Positions 20,559 to 30,051 of a stretch of 64,000 nt of DNA are shown one piece after another. Both the position numbers and the translations under genes were made by a program. Source of the stretch: Bacteroidales bacterium (GTDB taxonomy: Bacteria; Bacteroidota; Bacteroidia; Bacteroidales; VadinHA17); contig JAVEVC010000008.1 in NCBI GenBank assembly GCA_034005245.1, forward strand, positions 10,917 to 74,916. Reading direction: 5' to 3'. Positions within the stretch are counted from its first letter, which is position 1; each line of letters begins with the position of its first letter. Below the pieces are notes generated by a model. The model was not told the DNA's origin and made no database searches. It saw only the letters and a list, made by a program, of their open reading frames with translations.

Positions 20559-21878
20559 ATGTTTGAGAGTTTAAGCGAAAGACTTGAAAAATCATTCAAG
20601 ATCCTGAAGGGGCAGGGAAGAATATCCGAAATAAATATTGCTGAAACACTTAAAGATGTAAGAAGAGCCCTTCTTGATGCGGACGTAAATTTTAAGATTG
20701 CAAAGCAGTTCACAGATACTGTAAAGGTCAAGGCATTGGGCCAGGAGGTTCTCAAGTCGGTAAATCCGTCTCAGATGATGATCAAGATCGTGCATGATGA
20801 GCTTGTGGAACTCATGGGACGCGAAAAGACCGATATCAGTGTGAGGTTTAATCCATCAGTAATTCTTATTGCAGGCCTGCAAGGTTCAGGAAAGACTACC
20901 TTCAGCGGAAAACTCGCCAGGTGGCTCAAAACCAAGCGAGGCAAGAATCCGATGCTGGTGGCCTGTGATATTTACAGACCCGCCGCTATTGAACAGTTGA
21001 AGATAATTGGAACACAGGCTGAAGTTCCCGTTTACACGGAAGACAATAACCGCAATCCTGTTCAGATTGCCAAAAATTCGGTTAAAGACGCAAAGCTTAA
21101 GGGTTACGATGTTGTTATTATCGATACGGCAGGCAGACTTGCAGTAGATGAGGAGATGATGAAGGAGATATCTTCTGTCAGAGAAGCTGTGAATCCTCAT
21201 GAGATATTGTTTGTAGTTGATTCAATGACCGGCCAGGATGCAGTAAATACTGCAAAGGAATTTAATGAGCGACTTGATTTTGATGGGGTTATATTGACAA
21301 AACTTGACGGCGACACAAGGGGAGGGGCTGCTCTCTCAATAAGATCGGTAGTGAACAAGCCTATCAAATTTGTAAGTTCAGGAGAAAAACTGGACGCTAT
21401 TGATATTTTCTACCCTTCCAGGATGGCTGACAGGATTCTGGGAATGGGAGATATTGTTTCCCTTGTCGAGAAAGCACAGGAACAATATGATACTGAAGAA
21501 GCGCGGAAATTACAGAAGAAAATTGCCAGAGACCAGTTTGATTTTAATGACTTTATAGCCCAGATTCAGCAAATAAAAAAGATGGGCAATGTCAAGGATC
21601 TGATGTCAATGATACCTGGTGTTGGCAAAGCCGTGAAAGATCTTGATATTGACGATAATGCTTTTAAGGGGATCGAGGCAATAATCAGAAGCATGACTCC
21701 CCAGGAAAGATCTGATCCCGCTGTCCTGAACGGAAACCGCCGCAAAAGAATAGCAATGGGAAGCGGGACGTCAGTCCAGGAAGTGAATAAATTACTAAAG
21801 CAGTTTGATGAAACCCGCAGGATGATGAAAGCAATGACAAGAGGCGGGAAAAATGCTCGCATGGGAATTAAAAGGTAA
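20559..21878 (+). CDS. ffh: Signal recognition particle protein Ffh
   Basis: 439 aa. MFESLSERL N-terminus, GLQGSGKTT P-loop, DTAGR, TKLDGD and a Met-rich M domain. Confidence 0.97.
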   Translation: MFESLSERLEKSFKILKGQGRISEINIAETLKDVRRALLDADVNFKIAKQFTDTVKVKALGQEVLKSVNPSQMMIKIVHDELVELMGREKTDISVRFNPSVILIAGLQGSGKTTFSGKLARWLKTKRGKNPMLVACDIYRPAAIEQLKIIGTQAEVPVYTEDNNRNPVQIAKNSVKDAKLKGYDVVIIDTAGRLAVDEEMMKEISSVREAVNPHEILFVVDSMTGQDAVNTAKEFNERLDFDGVILTKLDGDTRGGAALSIRSVVNKPIKFVSSGEKLDAIDIFYPSRMADRILGMGDIVSLVEKAQEQYDTEEARKLQKKIARDQFDFNDFIAQIQQIKKMGNVKDLMSMIPGVGKAVKDLDIDDNAFKGIEAIIRSMTPQERSDPAVLNGNRRKRIAMGSGTSVQEVNKLLKQFDETRRMMKAMTRGGKNARMGIKR

Positions 21879-21885
21879 TAAAACA

Positions 21886-22764
21886 ATGTATACACTTATT
21901 GATGGTAAGAGAACAGCGTCTGAAATAAAGGACGAAATAGCTGCCACGGTAGCAGAAATGTCAGGCAAAGGTGTTAAGGTTCCTCATCTTGCCGCTATTC
22001 TCGTTGGAAATGACGGCTCAAGTGAAACCTATGTTGCCAATAAGGTTCGGGACTGTGAAGAGGTCGGCTTTAAGTCAACACTTATTAGGCTGGCTGGAGA
22101 GACAAAAACCGAAGAATTGTTAAATCACATCAAGCTGCTGAATGAAGACAGCAATGTTGACGGTTTTATTGTGCAGTTGCCTCTTCCCCGGCATGTTGAC
22201 GAAGCCAGAATCATAGAAGCAATTGATCCGGCCAAGGATGCCGATGGTTTTCATCCTGTTAATATCGGGAAGATGGTAACTGGCATCCACGGATACCTGC
22301 CGGCTACACCTTATGGCATCATTGAGCTTATTAAGAGATATGATATTAAAACTGAAGGCAAAAACTGCGTTATTATAGGCAGAAGCAATATTGTTGGACG
22401 TCCCCTGAGTATTCTTTTATCCCAGAAAGGAATGGATGCCACAGTTACTGTTGTCCACAGCAAAACTAAGAATATTGCCGACATCATAAAGGAAGCCGAA
22501 ATAATTGTTGCAGCTATGGGATCACCTCATTTTGTGAAAGCTGATATGGTAAAACAAGGAGCTGTGGTCATCGATGTTGGAACAACCCGCATACACTCAA
22601 AGAACACTAAATCAGGATGGAAGCTTGTTGGAGATGTGGATTTTGAAAATGTTGCTCCAAAATGTTCATTTATTACTCCTGTTCCCGGAGGTGTCGGGCC
22701 CATGACAAGAGTTGCCCTGCTTACAAACACCCTTGCAGCGGCTAAATTAAGGCGATTCGCGTGA
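21886..22764 (+). CDS. folD: Bifunctional methylenetetrahydrofolate dehydrogenase/cyclohydrolase
   Basis: MYTLIDGKRTASEIK start, YVANKVRDCEEVG, VQLPLP, GRSNIVGRP and PVPGGVGPMT motifs. I trimmed the track ORF (21853) to the ATG at 21886, 7 nt after the ffh stop. Confidence 0.93.
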   Translation: MYTLIDGKRTASEIKDEIAATVAEMSGKGVKVPHLAAILVGNDGSSETYVANKVRDCEEVGFKSTLIRLAGETKTEELLNHIKLLNEDSNVDGFIVQLPLPRHVDEARIIEAIDPAKDADGFHPVNIGKMVTGIHGYLPATPYGIIELIKRYDIKTEGKNCVIIGRSNIVGRPLSILLSQKGMDATVTVVHSKTKNIADIIKEAEIIVAAMGSPHFVKADMVKQGAVVIDVGTTRIHSKNTKSGWKLVGDVDFENVAPKCSFITPVPGGVGPMTRVALLTNTLAAAKLRRFA

Positions 22765-22776
22765 CGGTAATTGATG

Positions 22777-23778
22777 TCATTCCGGTAAATTAAAACCAGT
22801 AAAATACAGGTCAAAATTACCTTTTCCTCCATCCCTGTCCGATGAAAATATCATGAACATGTTTGTGTATTGTTCAAACCCTCCGATTACTGGCCTGTAT
22901 TCATTATTCTCAGTGTTTATGCCTGATCCGAGATTCACGGGTGAACCCCATTCTCCGTTTTCGAATAATGAATAATAAATGTCAAATCCCCCATATCCTC
23001 CGGGGCGGTCTGACACAAATACCATTACGTTCTTGAAAATATAGGGACACTTGTCCTCGTAGGCTGTATTTAAAGCATCTAGTTTGACTGATTCGGTATA
23101 ACCACTGTTTAGCCATGCATATACTGTCGATTCAGCAGGTCTGTTAAGCATAAAGATGTCAAAATTGCCGTCAGGGTTTGATGAAAAATAACCATTTTTC
23201 TGGCCGGTATCAAAACAAAAATAGGATTCATCAGCACTGGTATTCAGGATGCTTGCAGGGAAAGGCCCCTCAATAACCGGTATACCAGTTGTGTAATAAG
23301 GCTGGTTCATGGTGTAATGAAGATCCAGATTGCCTTCATCATTGACTGTGGAGTATACCAGGTATTCATTGTTGTCTACAGAACTGTAAACACGATATGG
23401 CCCAAGCTCGTCCCTTGGTGTATTTACACGATCAACAAGAGACGCCATAAAGATGTCGCTTGTTAATTCTGTAACAAGATTGAACTGTCCGTTATACTGA
23501 TCAAATTCAAAATACAGTATGCCCTGAACAAAATCGAACTGCCCTCCGTTGCTTAACCTGTTGCTGGAGAAAACCAAAGGTATGTATCCCTGAAGAAGAT
23601 AAATTCCCGTATTGTAATCATCGTATTCAGAATTGAGATTTGCAAGAGGGAATATAGCATCCGGGAAGGTTCCCTGGTCATAAGCCGGTGGCTCGTTCTT
23701 CTTAACACATCCTGAAAGAGCAATCATAATGACTGTCGGAATGATAATGGACGCTTTAATTAATTTCGATATTCTCAT
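22777..23778 (-). CDS. Lipoprotein with TolB/PD40-like beta-propeller repeats
   Basis: Lipobox ...IALSGC follows the Met at 23778. It has repeated SSNR/SDRxGGxGxFDIY-type motifs (FSSNRLSNGGQFDF, VSDRPGGYGGFDIYYS, SSDRDGGKGNFDLYF). Confidence 0.7.
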   Translation of the reverse strand: MRISKLIKASIIIPTVIMIALSGCVKKNEPPAYDQGTFPDAIFPLANLNSEYDDYNTGIYLLQGYIPLVFSSNRLSNGGQFDFVQGILYFEFDQYNGQFNLVTELTSDIFMASLVDRVNTPRDELGPYRVYSSVDNNEYLVYSTVNDEGNLDLHYTMNQPYYTTGIPVIEGPFPASILNTSADESYFCFDTGQKNGYFSSNPDGNFDIFMLNRPAESTVYAWLNSGYTESVKLDALNTAYEDKCPYIFKNVMVFVSDRPGGYGGFDIYYSLFENGEWGSPVNLGSGINTENNEYRPVIGGFEQYTNMFMIFSSDRDGGKGNFDLYFTGFNLPE

Positions 23779-23820
23779 TTTTAGAGGAATTATTAAATCG
23801 CACAAAGATATTAAGATAAA

Positions 23821-23848
23821 ATGAAAAACCGGGTTTAGGCCCGGTTCT
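23821..23848 (-). terminator. Orphan rho-independent terminator on the minus strand
   Basis: Minus strand reads GAAGAACCGGGcctaaaCCCGGTTTTTCATTTTAT, a 7-bp GC-rich stem followed by a T tract. It lies upstream of the PD40 lipoprotein gene start rather than after any listed gene. Confidence 0.5.
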
Positions 23849-24106
23849 TCAAAACAGAATTTAGGTTAATTCTAGGGTAAATTAGGTATATTGGATAGTA
23901 AAACTTGTTTACAGTTAATAGATGAGAAAATATGCAAAAAGGTTGCGTCGGTAAAATTAAAATCCATTAATAAGAATCCGTTTGACATGTATTGCTCTGT
24001 AATATAGTTGTTTGTAAAAGGTGAAAAATGTTGAAAATTATAAACACCTCATATACAAAATGTTTAAATATGTTACTATTTTTGCTTGCATTATTCTCTC
24101 TATAAT

Positions 24107-25519
24107 ATGGAAGAAGAAAAATTTGGATTATCTTTTGAGGAAGAGATAAAAAGAGTTGTCGGAAAGTATGAGGAGATGAAAAAAAATAATGAGAATTATT
24201 TTTTTGATGTTATTGAATTTGAGACAATTATAGATTTTTATATTGACAGTAATAACAGTATAAAAGCATATGAAGCGGCAACTCTGGCTTCGGAGCAGCA
24301 TCCGAACTCTGTTTCCATCCAGCTAAGGAACGCAAGGGTTCTGCTTGACAAGGGCAGGGCAGTGGAAGCTCTCCGGATTCTCAAGCGGCTTGAGAATATT
24401 GAGCCCGGCAATCATGAAATATATATTGCCAAGGGAACTGCAATGGGAATACTTGGAGATATACAGGGAGCAAAAAAAATGTTTGACTATGCCCTGACTC
24501 TTGATTCCGATGATACTGCAAACATTCTCTTTTCTATCGCATCCGTCCTTCAGAACCTCAATTACTATGAGCATCTGATCCCATACCTTGAAAGACTTGT
24601 AGATCTTGAACCAGGATTTTTTGCACATCTTTATGACCTGGCTTATGCATACGAGAAGACAGAGGATTATGAAAAGAGCATAAAATACTATCTCCGATAC
24701 CTTGAGGAGGATCCATTTTCCGACAGTGCCTGGTATAATCTCGGTATAATCTACACGAAACTTGACCAGCCGGGACAAGCTCTCGAAGCTTATGATTATT
24801 CTCTTGCTATTAATTCGCAAAATACATTTGCTCTTTTCAATAAGGGCAACATACTCTGTAATCTCGAAAGATTTAATGATGCAATTCCTGTGTATCATGA
24901 ATATCTTGAGAACGAGCCTGATAGCTTTGAGGCAATGACATATCTCGCAGAGTGTTATGAGAAAACCAATGAAATAGTCCTTGCTGATAAGTATTATCAT
25001 GAAGCCATTGAACTGGCTCCGGAATTTGCAGATCCATGGTTTGGACTTGGTGTTGTTGCCCTTAATTCCGGGCAGATTGATGATAGCATGATCTTCCTTC
25101 GCAAAGCAGTAAGACTTGATGATGAAAATCCTGAAATATGGTATTTTCTTGGGAAAGCACATTATGCCAAAAGCGAAAAGAAAGCTGCCCTGAGATGCTA
25201 CAGGGAGGCCCTTAAACTCGATGCTTATTATGATGAAGTCTGGTGTGAACTGGGAAAGATTATCATAAATGAAAGGTTTTACCGGAAAGCCCTGCCCTAT
25301 CTCGAGAAAGCCTACAGGATTATAGGCGATGTGCCGGGAATCAACTATATTCTTTCCTCACTATATCACAGATGCGGCAACTCCGATAAATCATTCAGGC
25401 ATCTTTCCCTGGCACTTGATATTGACAAAAATCTGTTTAACCAGATGCGTCCTGTCTTCTCAGGCATTGTTTTTAACCGAAAATTCAGGGATCTTCTGGA
25501 TGAATATAATATAAGCTGA
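24107..25519 (+). CDS. Tetratricopeptide (TPR) repeat protein
   Basis: About 470 aa with 34-residue periodicity and recurring A..Y..AL..(D/N)P motifs. I chose the ATG at 24107 over the TTG at 24086. Confidence 0.8.
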   Translation: MEEEKFGLSFEEEIKRVVGKYEEMKKNNENYFFDVIEFETIIDFYIDSNNSIKAYEAATLASEQHPNSVSIQLRNARVLLDKGRAVEALRILKRLENIEPGNHEIYIAKGTAMGILGDIQGAKKMFDYALTLDSDDTANILFSIASVLQNLNYYEHLIPYLERLVDLEPGFFAHLYDLAYAYEKTEDYEKSIKYYLRYLEEDPFSDSAWYNLGIIYTKLDQPGQALEAYDYSLAINSQNTFALFNKGNILCNLERFNDAIPVYHEYLENEPDSFEAMTYLAECYEKTNEIVLADKYYHEAIELAPEFADPWFGLGVVALNSGQIDDSMIFLRKAVRLDDENPEIWYFLGKAHYAKSEKKAALRCYREALKLDAYYDEVWCELGKIIINERFYRKALPYLEKAYRIIGDVPGINYILSSLYHRCGNSDKSFRHLSLALDIDKNLFNQMRPVFSGIVFNRKFRDLLDEYNIS

Positions 25520-25525
25520 ATAGTC

Positions 25526-26299
25526 ATGAAACATCTACTTCCATACATTCCCAGCCGTCCTGTTAAACCAAGAAAAACCGGTCTGACAATGGTTATGGAT
25601 AAAGGTCTTAGCATCAGGGAGGCTGAGGATTTTATGTCGGTTGGAAGTGAATATGCTGATCTGGTTAAGCTTGGATTCGGAACATCCCTCTTAACTCCCG
25701 GTCTCGAAAAGAAAATAAATGTATATAAAAATGCGGGGTGCATCCCTTATTTCGGAGGCACTCTCTTCGAAGCTTTTGTTGTCAGAAACATGTTCCGGGA
25801 ATATATTGAACTGCTTGATAAATACGAAATCGACATGGTTGAAGTATCTGACGGATCATTCGATATAGAGCATAACAGGAAGCTTGATTATATTGCTAGG
25901 CTTGCATCCAGAGGCACTGTCATTTCTGAAGTGGGCTCCAAGAAAAAGGATGTCGTTTATTCTCCTGTCGAATGGGCTTCAATGATGAAATCAGAACTCG
26001 AAGCAGGTTCTGAAAAGGTAATTGCAGAAGCAAGAGAATCCGGAACTATAGGCATTTATAACGACGATGGCTCAGTAAACATGCCGGTAATAAATGCAAT
26101 ATCCGCTAATGTAAGCCTTGAAAATGTTATATGGGAAGCACCCCTTAAAGCGCAGCAGGTTTGGTTTATCAAGCATTTCGGGGCAAATGTTAATCTTGGA
26201 AATATTTCTCCTAATGAGATAATCCCCCTCGAGTCGCTGCGATGCGGGCTCCGAGGAGATACATTCTTCCAGTTCCTTCCGGGGGAACTGGCCAGATAG
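25526..26299 (+). CDS. comA: (2R)-phospho-3-sulfolactate synthase family protein (ComA)
   Basis: 257 aa, collinear with archaeal ComA as I remember it: RKTGLTMVMDKGL, VKLGFGTS, GGTLFE, VEVSDGS, EARESG, WEAP.K.QQVWFIKHFG.NVNLGNI, LRCGLRGDTF. Confidence 0.85.
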   Translation: MKHLLPYIPSRPVKPRKTGLTMVMDKGLSIREAEDFMSVGSEYADLVKLGFGTSLLTPGLEKKINVYKNAGCIPYFGGTLFEAFVVRNMFREYIELLDKYEIDMVEVSDGSFDIEHNRKLDYIARLASRGTVISEVGSKKKDVVYSPVEWASMMKSELEAGSEKVIAEARESGTIGIYNDDGSVNMPVINAISANVSLENVIWEAPLKAQQVWFIKHFGANVNLGNISPNEIIPLESLRCGLRGDTFFQFLPGELAR

Positions 26300-26344
26300 T
26301 TGTCTTAACTGCAGCTATCCTTTAAACGCAAATATTCTTTACAT

Positions 26345-27097
26345 ATGAGGAAATTTGGCCTGATAGGATATCCCCTTACACATTCTTTTTCTAAGAGATA
26401 TTTTACAGATAAATTCTTTAATGAGGGGCTTGTGAGCTGCCGTTATGACAATTACCCCTTAACAAATATTTTATCACTGTACGACTTGCTTCAATCCGAC
26501 AATCAGATTGAAGGACTTAATGTTACAATACCTTATAAATCGGAGGTAATGGATTGTCTGGACTTCACCGATACCGATGCATTATCCGTCGGGGCTGTTA
26601 ACGTGCTGAAAATCAAAAGAATAGGAGAGGGTGTGAAACTGCTGGGTTTTAACAGTGATATAACAGGCATAAAGGATACAATTGCGCCTCTCATGTCGCC
26701 ATCTCTGAAGAATGCATTGATCCTGGGTACCGGAGGCGCTTCCAAGGCTGTTCGTTTTGTTTTGGACACCGTTGGAATTAATTTCACCGTAGTATCAAGG
26801 ATCGGCAGGCCGGATTGTCTGACCTACGATGAAATAGAACCTCAACTTTATGATGATGTTCAGATAATTATAAATACCACACCACTGGGAATGTTCCCCG
26901 ATACGGGAAGCATGCCTCTGATCAGGTATGATCTGCTTCGGCGGGACCATATATTATTTGATCTTGTTTATAATCCCGAAATGACCGCTTTTCTTAAAAA
27001 AGGCTCTGAAAAAGGCTGCACGATCATAAATGGACTAAAAATGCTCTATTCCCAGGCTGAAAAATCATGGGAGATTTGGAACAATCCTGATTATTGA
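26345..27097 (+). CDS. aroE: Shikimate 5-dehydrogenase
   Basis: MRKFGLIGYPLTHSFSKRYF, NVTIPYK, GAVN, and the GTGGASKAV Rossmann loop. Confidence 0.9.
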   Translation: MRKFGLIGYPLTHSFSKRYFTDKFFNEGLVSCRYDNYPLTNILSLYDLLQSDNQIEGLNVTIPYKSEVMDCLDFTDTDALSVGAVNVLKIKRIGEGVKLLGFNSDITGIKDTIAPLMSPSLKNALILGTGGASKAVRFVLDTVGINFTVVSRIGRPDCLTYDEIEPQLYDDVQIIINTTPLGMFPDTGSMPLIRYDLLRRDHILFDLVYNPEMTAFLKKGSEKGCTIINGLKMLYSQAEKSWEIWNNPDY

Positions 27098-27876
27098 TAG
27101 AATATTTCCGGGGGATATTCGATATCCACAAGAAACAAACCCTTAGCGACAGCCGACTGACCAGCCCTGTTCCTGTCTCTGACTTGTATTATTTCTTCAA
27201 ACTCCTTCAGGCTCATCTTGTTCATGCCTATATTTATTATAGTTCCCACTATTGCTCTGACCATGTTCCTCAGGAATCTGTCGGCCCTGATTGTGAATAC
27301 CAGCTTATCGTTTTCTTCCTCCCACTTAGCTTCGAATATTTTGCATACTGTGGTCTTGTTGTTTGAGTGAAGTCGGCTGAAACTCTTAAAATCCGAGCAG
27401 GCTGTCAGAATTTCACATGCCTTGTTAAGAGACTTGATGTCCTTCTTCCCTGGCAGATACCAGCTGAATTCGGTTGAAAATGGATCCTTTTTTCCTGTAA
27501 TGTAATACTTGTAAGTCCTCGATATTGCACTGAACCTTGCATGTGCATCCGCTCTCACTTTCTTAATCGAATTTACAGCGATATCAGCAGGGAGGATGGA
27601 GTTGAGACTATAGACAATTTTTTCGTTCTTTTCAAGATGAGGGATTGAGCTTTCGAAGTGGGCAACGAAAAGAACTGCGTGTACACCTGTGTCAGTGCGG
27701 CCAGAGCCGGTAAGGTTTATCTTCTCGCCAAGGATCACTGACAATGCTTCTTCGATTCTTCCCTGTATGGTAACCGCGTTGGGCTGTATCTGCCAACCAT
27801 GATAGGAAGAGCCCCTGAATGAAATGAAGATAAAATAACGTGTTTTCACCTTTTGCCTTTCTGCAAATATAGACAT
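27091..27876 (-). CDS. truA: tRNA pseudouridine(38-40) synthase
   Basis: 261 aa. GWQIQPN, the catalytic-Asp motif GSGRTDTGVHA, and RFLRNMVR. Its 3' end overlaps the aroE 3' end by 7 bp (convergent). Confidence 0.93.
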   Translation of the reverse strand: MSIFAERQKVKTRYFIFISFRGSSYHGWQIQPNAVTIQGRIEEALSVILGEKINLTGSGRTDTGVHAVLFVAHFESSIPHLEKNEKIVYSLNSILPADIAVNSIKKVRADAHARFSAISRTYKYYITGKKDPFSTEFSWYLPGKKDIKSLNKACEILTACSDFKSFSRLHSNNKTTVCKIFEAKWEEENDKLVFTIRADRFLRNMVRAIVGTIINIGMNKMSLKEFEEIIQVRDRNRAGQSAVAKGLFLVDIEYPPEIFYQ

Positions 27877-28035
27877 TATGAGTTCAGCCGGAATTTATAA
27901 GGTTCTCAAAAAAAGATCGGCCAGATGTATGAAAATCGATCTTAATAAGTATTTTTACTCTTAAGTTAATTAGCTTTAGATAACCTCTTCCTATTCCGCA
28001 ATTACGATGATTCTTAATTTAAAACTCACCTTATT

Positions 28036-29769
28036 ATGCTAGAAAAACTTGAAATGAGCTGGATAGATTATTTTATCATGATAATCTATTTTGTCTTTGT
28101 CCTTGGGATTGGCTGGTTTCTGAGGAAGTATATGAAGAATGCCAATGCATTTCTTGAGGCCGGCAGATCAATTCCTGCATGGGTTGCAGGGCTGGCATTT
28201 ATCTCAACAAACCTTGGCGCCCTTGAAGTTATGGGAATGACAGGTTCCGGGATGAAATATGGCATGCTTACTACCCATTTTTACTGGATTGGAGCTATTC
28301 CTGCAATGATCTTCCTTGCACTGTTCATGATGCCTTTTTATTACGGATCGAAGGCCAGATCAGTACCAGAATACCTTAAACTCCGTTATGATGAAAAGAC
28401 CAGGGCCCTGAATGCAATTCTTTTTGCTGTGATGACCATTCTTGCTTCAGGGATATCAATGTATGCCCTGGCTATACTCATGGAAAAAGTGCTTGGATGG
28501 GATTTTAATGTCAGCCTTTGGGTGTCGGCACTGATTGTCCTGGGCTATACATACCTGGGAGGTCTTTCTTCAGCAATTTATAATGAAGTTCTTCAGTTCT
28601 TTATCATAGTAATAGGATTACTTCCGCTTGTTTTCCTGAGCCTTAAGGATGTTGGAGGCTGGAGCGGACTGAAGGAGTCCCTCGCACCAGTTGCTGAATC
28701 AAATGGATATGCAGCGGATACCTTTACAACAACCTGGAAATATACTAGTGAGGCAACCGCAAATCCGCTTGGCGTAGAATGGTTCGGGATTCTTTTCGGG
28801 CTTGGATTTGTGCTCTCATTTGGTTACTGGTGCACGAACTTCCTTATAGTTCAACGTGCATTTGCAGCTGAATCAAAGGCAGCAGCCCGAAAGGTGCCCC
28901 TTATTGGAGCAATACCAAAAATGTTCATACCATTTCTGATTATTATTCCCGGAATAATCGCTATTGTCCTTACAAATGACCCCTCCAAAGGATTTGCCTT
29001 GCCACTTGATGCATCAGGCAAGCCAATTTATGATTATACTATTATTATGCTTCTTAAGCAATACCTTCCCGCCGGGGTGCTTGGACTGGGAATAACTGCC
29101 CTGCTGGCCTCTTTTATGTCGGGCATGGCAGGAAATGTGTCGGCATTTAACACTGTATGGACATATGATATCTATCAGAGCTATATAAGAAAAAGAACAG
29201 GGGATGAAGAAGCTGATGGTAAGCATTATCTTAATGTAGGAAGGGTCGCAACCGTATGTGGTGTTCTCCTTAGTATAGCCTCAGCTTATATTGCAAGCAA
29301 ATTTGGAAATATTATGGATTTTCTCCAGACAATATTCTCAATGATCAATGCGCCCCTCTTTGCAGTAATATTTCTTGGTATGTTCTGGAAGAGAACCACC
29401 GGACATGCCGCATTTACAGGACTATTGGGCGGTTTCCTGATGGCACTTCTCCATCATGGACTTACTTCACCTGAAGGTGCGACAACATTCTTTAAAGGAG
29501 GATGGTTAGCAACTGTTCATACATATCCGGTTGAAATGGCCCAGAATTTCTGGACTGCAATAATTGCATTCATGGCAAGTACTCTCTTAACGGTTGGCCT
29601 GACGCTTGTTACTGCCCAAAAGAAAACTGAGCCGGAACTTGCCGGCCTTGTTTATTCGCTTACACCCAGGGAGATTGATGAACCAGGGTTGAAATGGTAC
29701 CAGCGTCCGGTAGGAATGGCTATATTGGTTGCAGTAATTTGTATTATTTTAAGTATTTTATTCTGGTAG
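28036..29769 (+). CDS. Sodium:solute symporter (SSS/SGLT family)
   Basis: 577 aa, about 13-14 TM helices, with SSS-type blocks (FLAGRSIP-like EAGRSIPAWV, VPEYLKLRY, YTYLGGLSSAIYNEVLQ). Confidence 0.9.
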   Translation: MLEKLEMSWIDYFIMIIYFVFVLGIGWFLRKYMKNANAFLEAGRSIPAWVAGLAFISTNLGALEVMGMTGSGMKYGMLTTHFYWIGAIPAMIFLALFMMPFYYGSKARSVPEYLKLRYDEKTRALNAILFAVMTILASGISMYALAILMEKVLGWDFNVSLWVSALIVLGYTYLGGLSSAIYNEVLQFFIIVIGLLPLVFLSLKDVGGWSGLKESLAPVAESNGYAADTFTTTWKYTSEATANPLGVEWFGILFGLGFVLSFGYWCTNFLIVQRAFAAESKAAARKVPLIGAIPKMFIPFLIIIPGIIAIVLTNDPSKGFALPLDASGKPIYDYTIIMLLKQYLPAGVLGLGITALLASFMSGMAGNVSAFNTVWTYDIYQSYIRKRTGDEEADGKHYLNVGRVATVCGVLLSIASAYIASKFGNIMDFLQTIFSMINAPLFAVIFLGMFWKRTTGHAAFTGLLGGFLMALLHHGLTSPEGATTFFKGGWLATVHTYPVEMAQNFWTAIIAFMASTLLTVGLTLVTAQKKTEPELAGLVYSLTPREIDEPGLKWYQRPVGMAILVAVICIILSILFW

Positions 29770-29781
29770 GAGGAAACAAAA

Positions 29782-29979
29782 ATGGTAGATATAAGAATTC
29801 CAATAGGTTTAATGTTCACCATACTGGGGGTGTTGATAACTGTTTTCGGATTCGTTACAAGATCAGACACGGAAATGTATCATAGATCCCTTAGTATCAA
29901 TGTAAATATAATAATGGGCATTTTTATGCTCTTGTTTGGAATCGTGATGCTTTTTCTTTCCCGAAAGAAGAAAAAGTAA
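29782..29979 (+). CDS. Small two-TM membrane protein downstream of the symporter
   Basis: 65 aa with two hydrophobic helices and a basic tail (SRKKKK). It starts 12 nt after the symporter stop. No family recognised. Confidence 0.5.
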   Translation: MVDIRIPIGLMFTILGVLITVFGFVTRSDTEMYHRSLSINVNIIMGIFMLLFGIVMLFLSRKKKK

Positions 29980-30051
29980 TGATACACATTCTAGTTAAAA
30001 GAACTGTAAGTATTTTACTGCTAGTTTGAAACCATATACTTAACTTGACTG

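Noticed and set aside
24323-25162. 279-aa minus-strand ORF fully inside the TPR protein gene
   Set aside because: It is a shadow ORF. The plus-strand frame shows clear 34-residue TPR periodicity, whereas the antisense translation is low-complexity with no motif and no independent start context.
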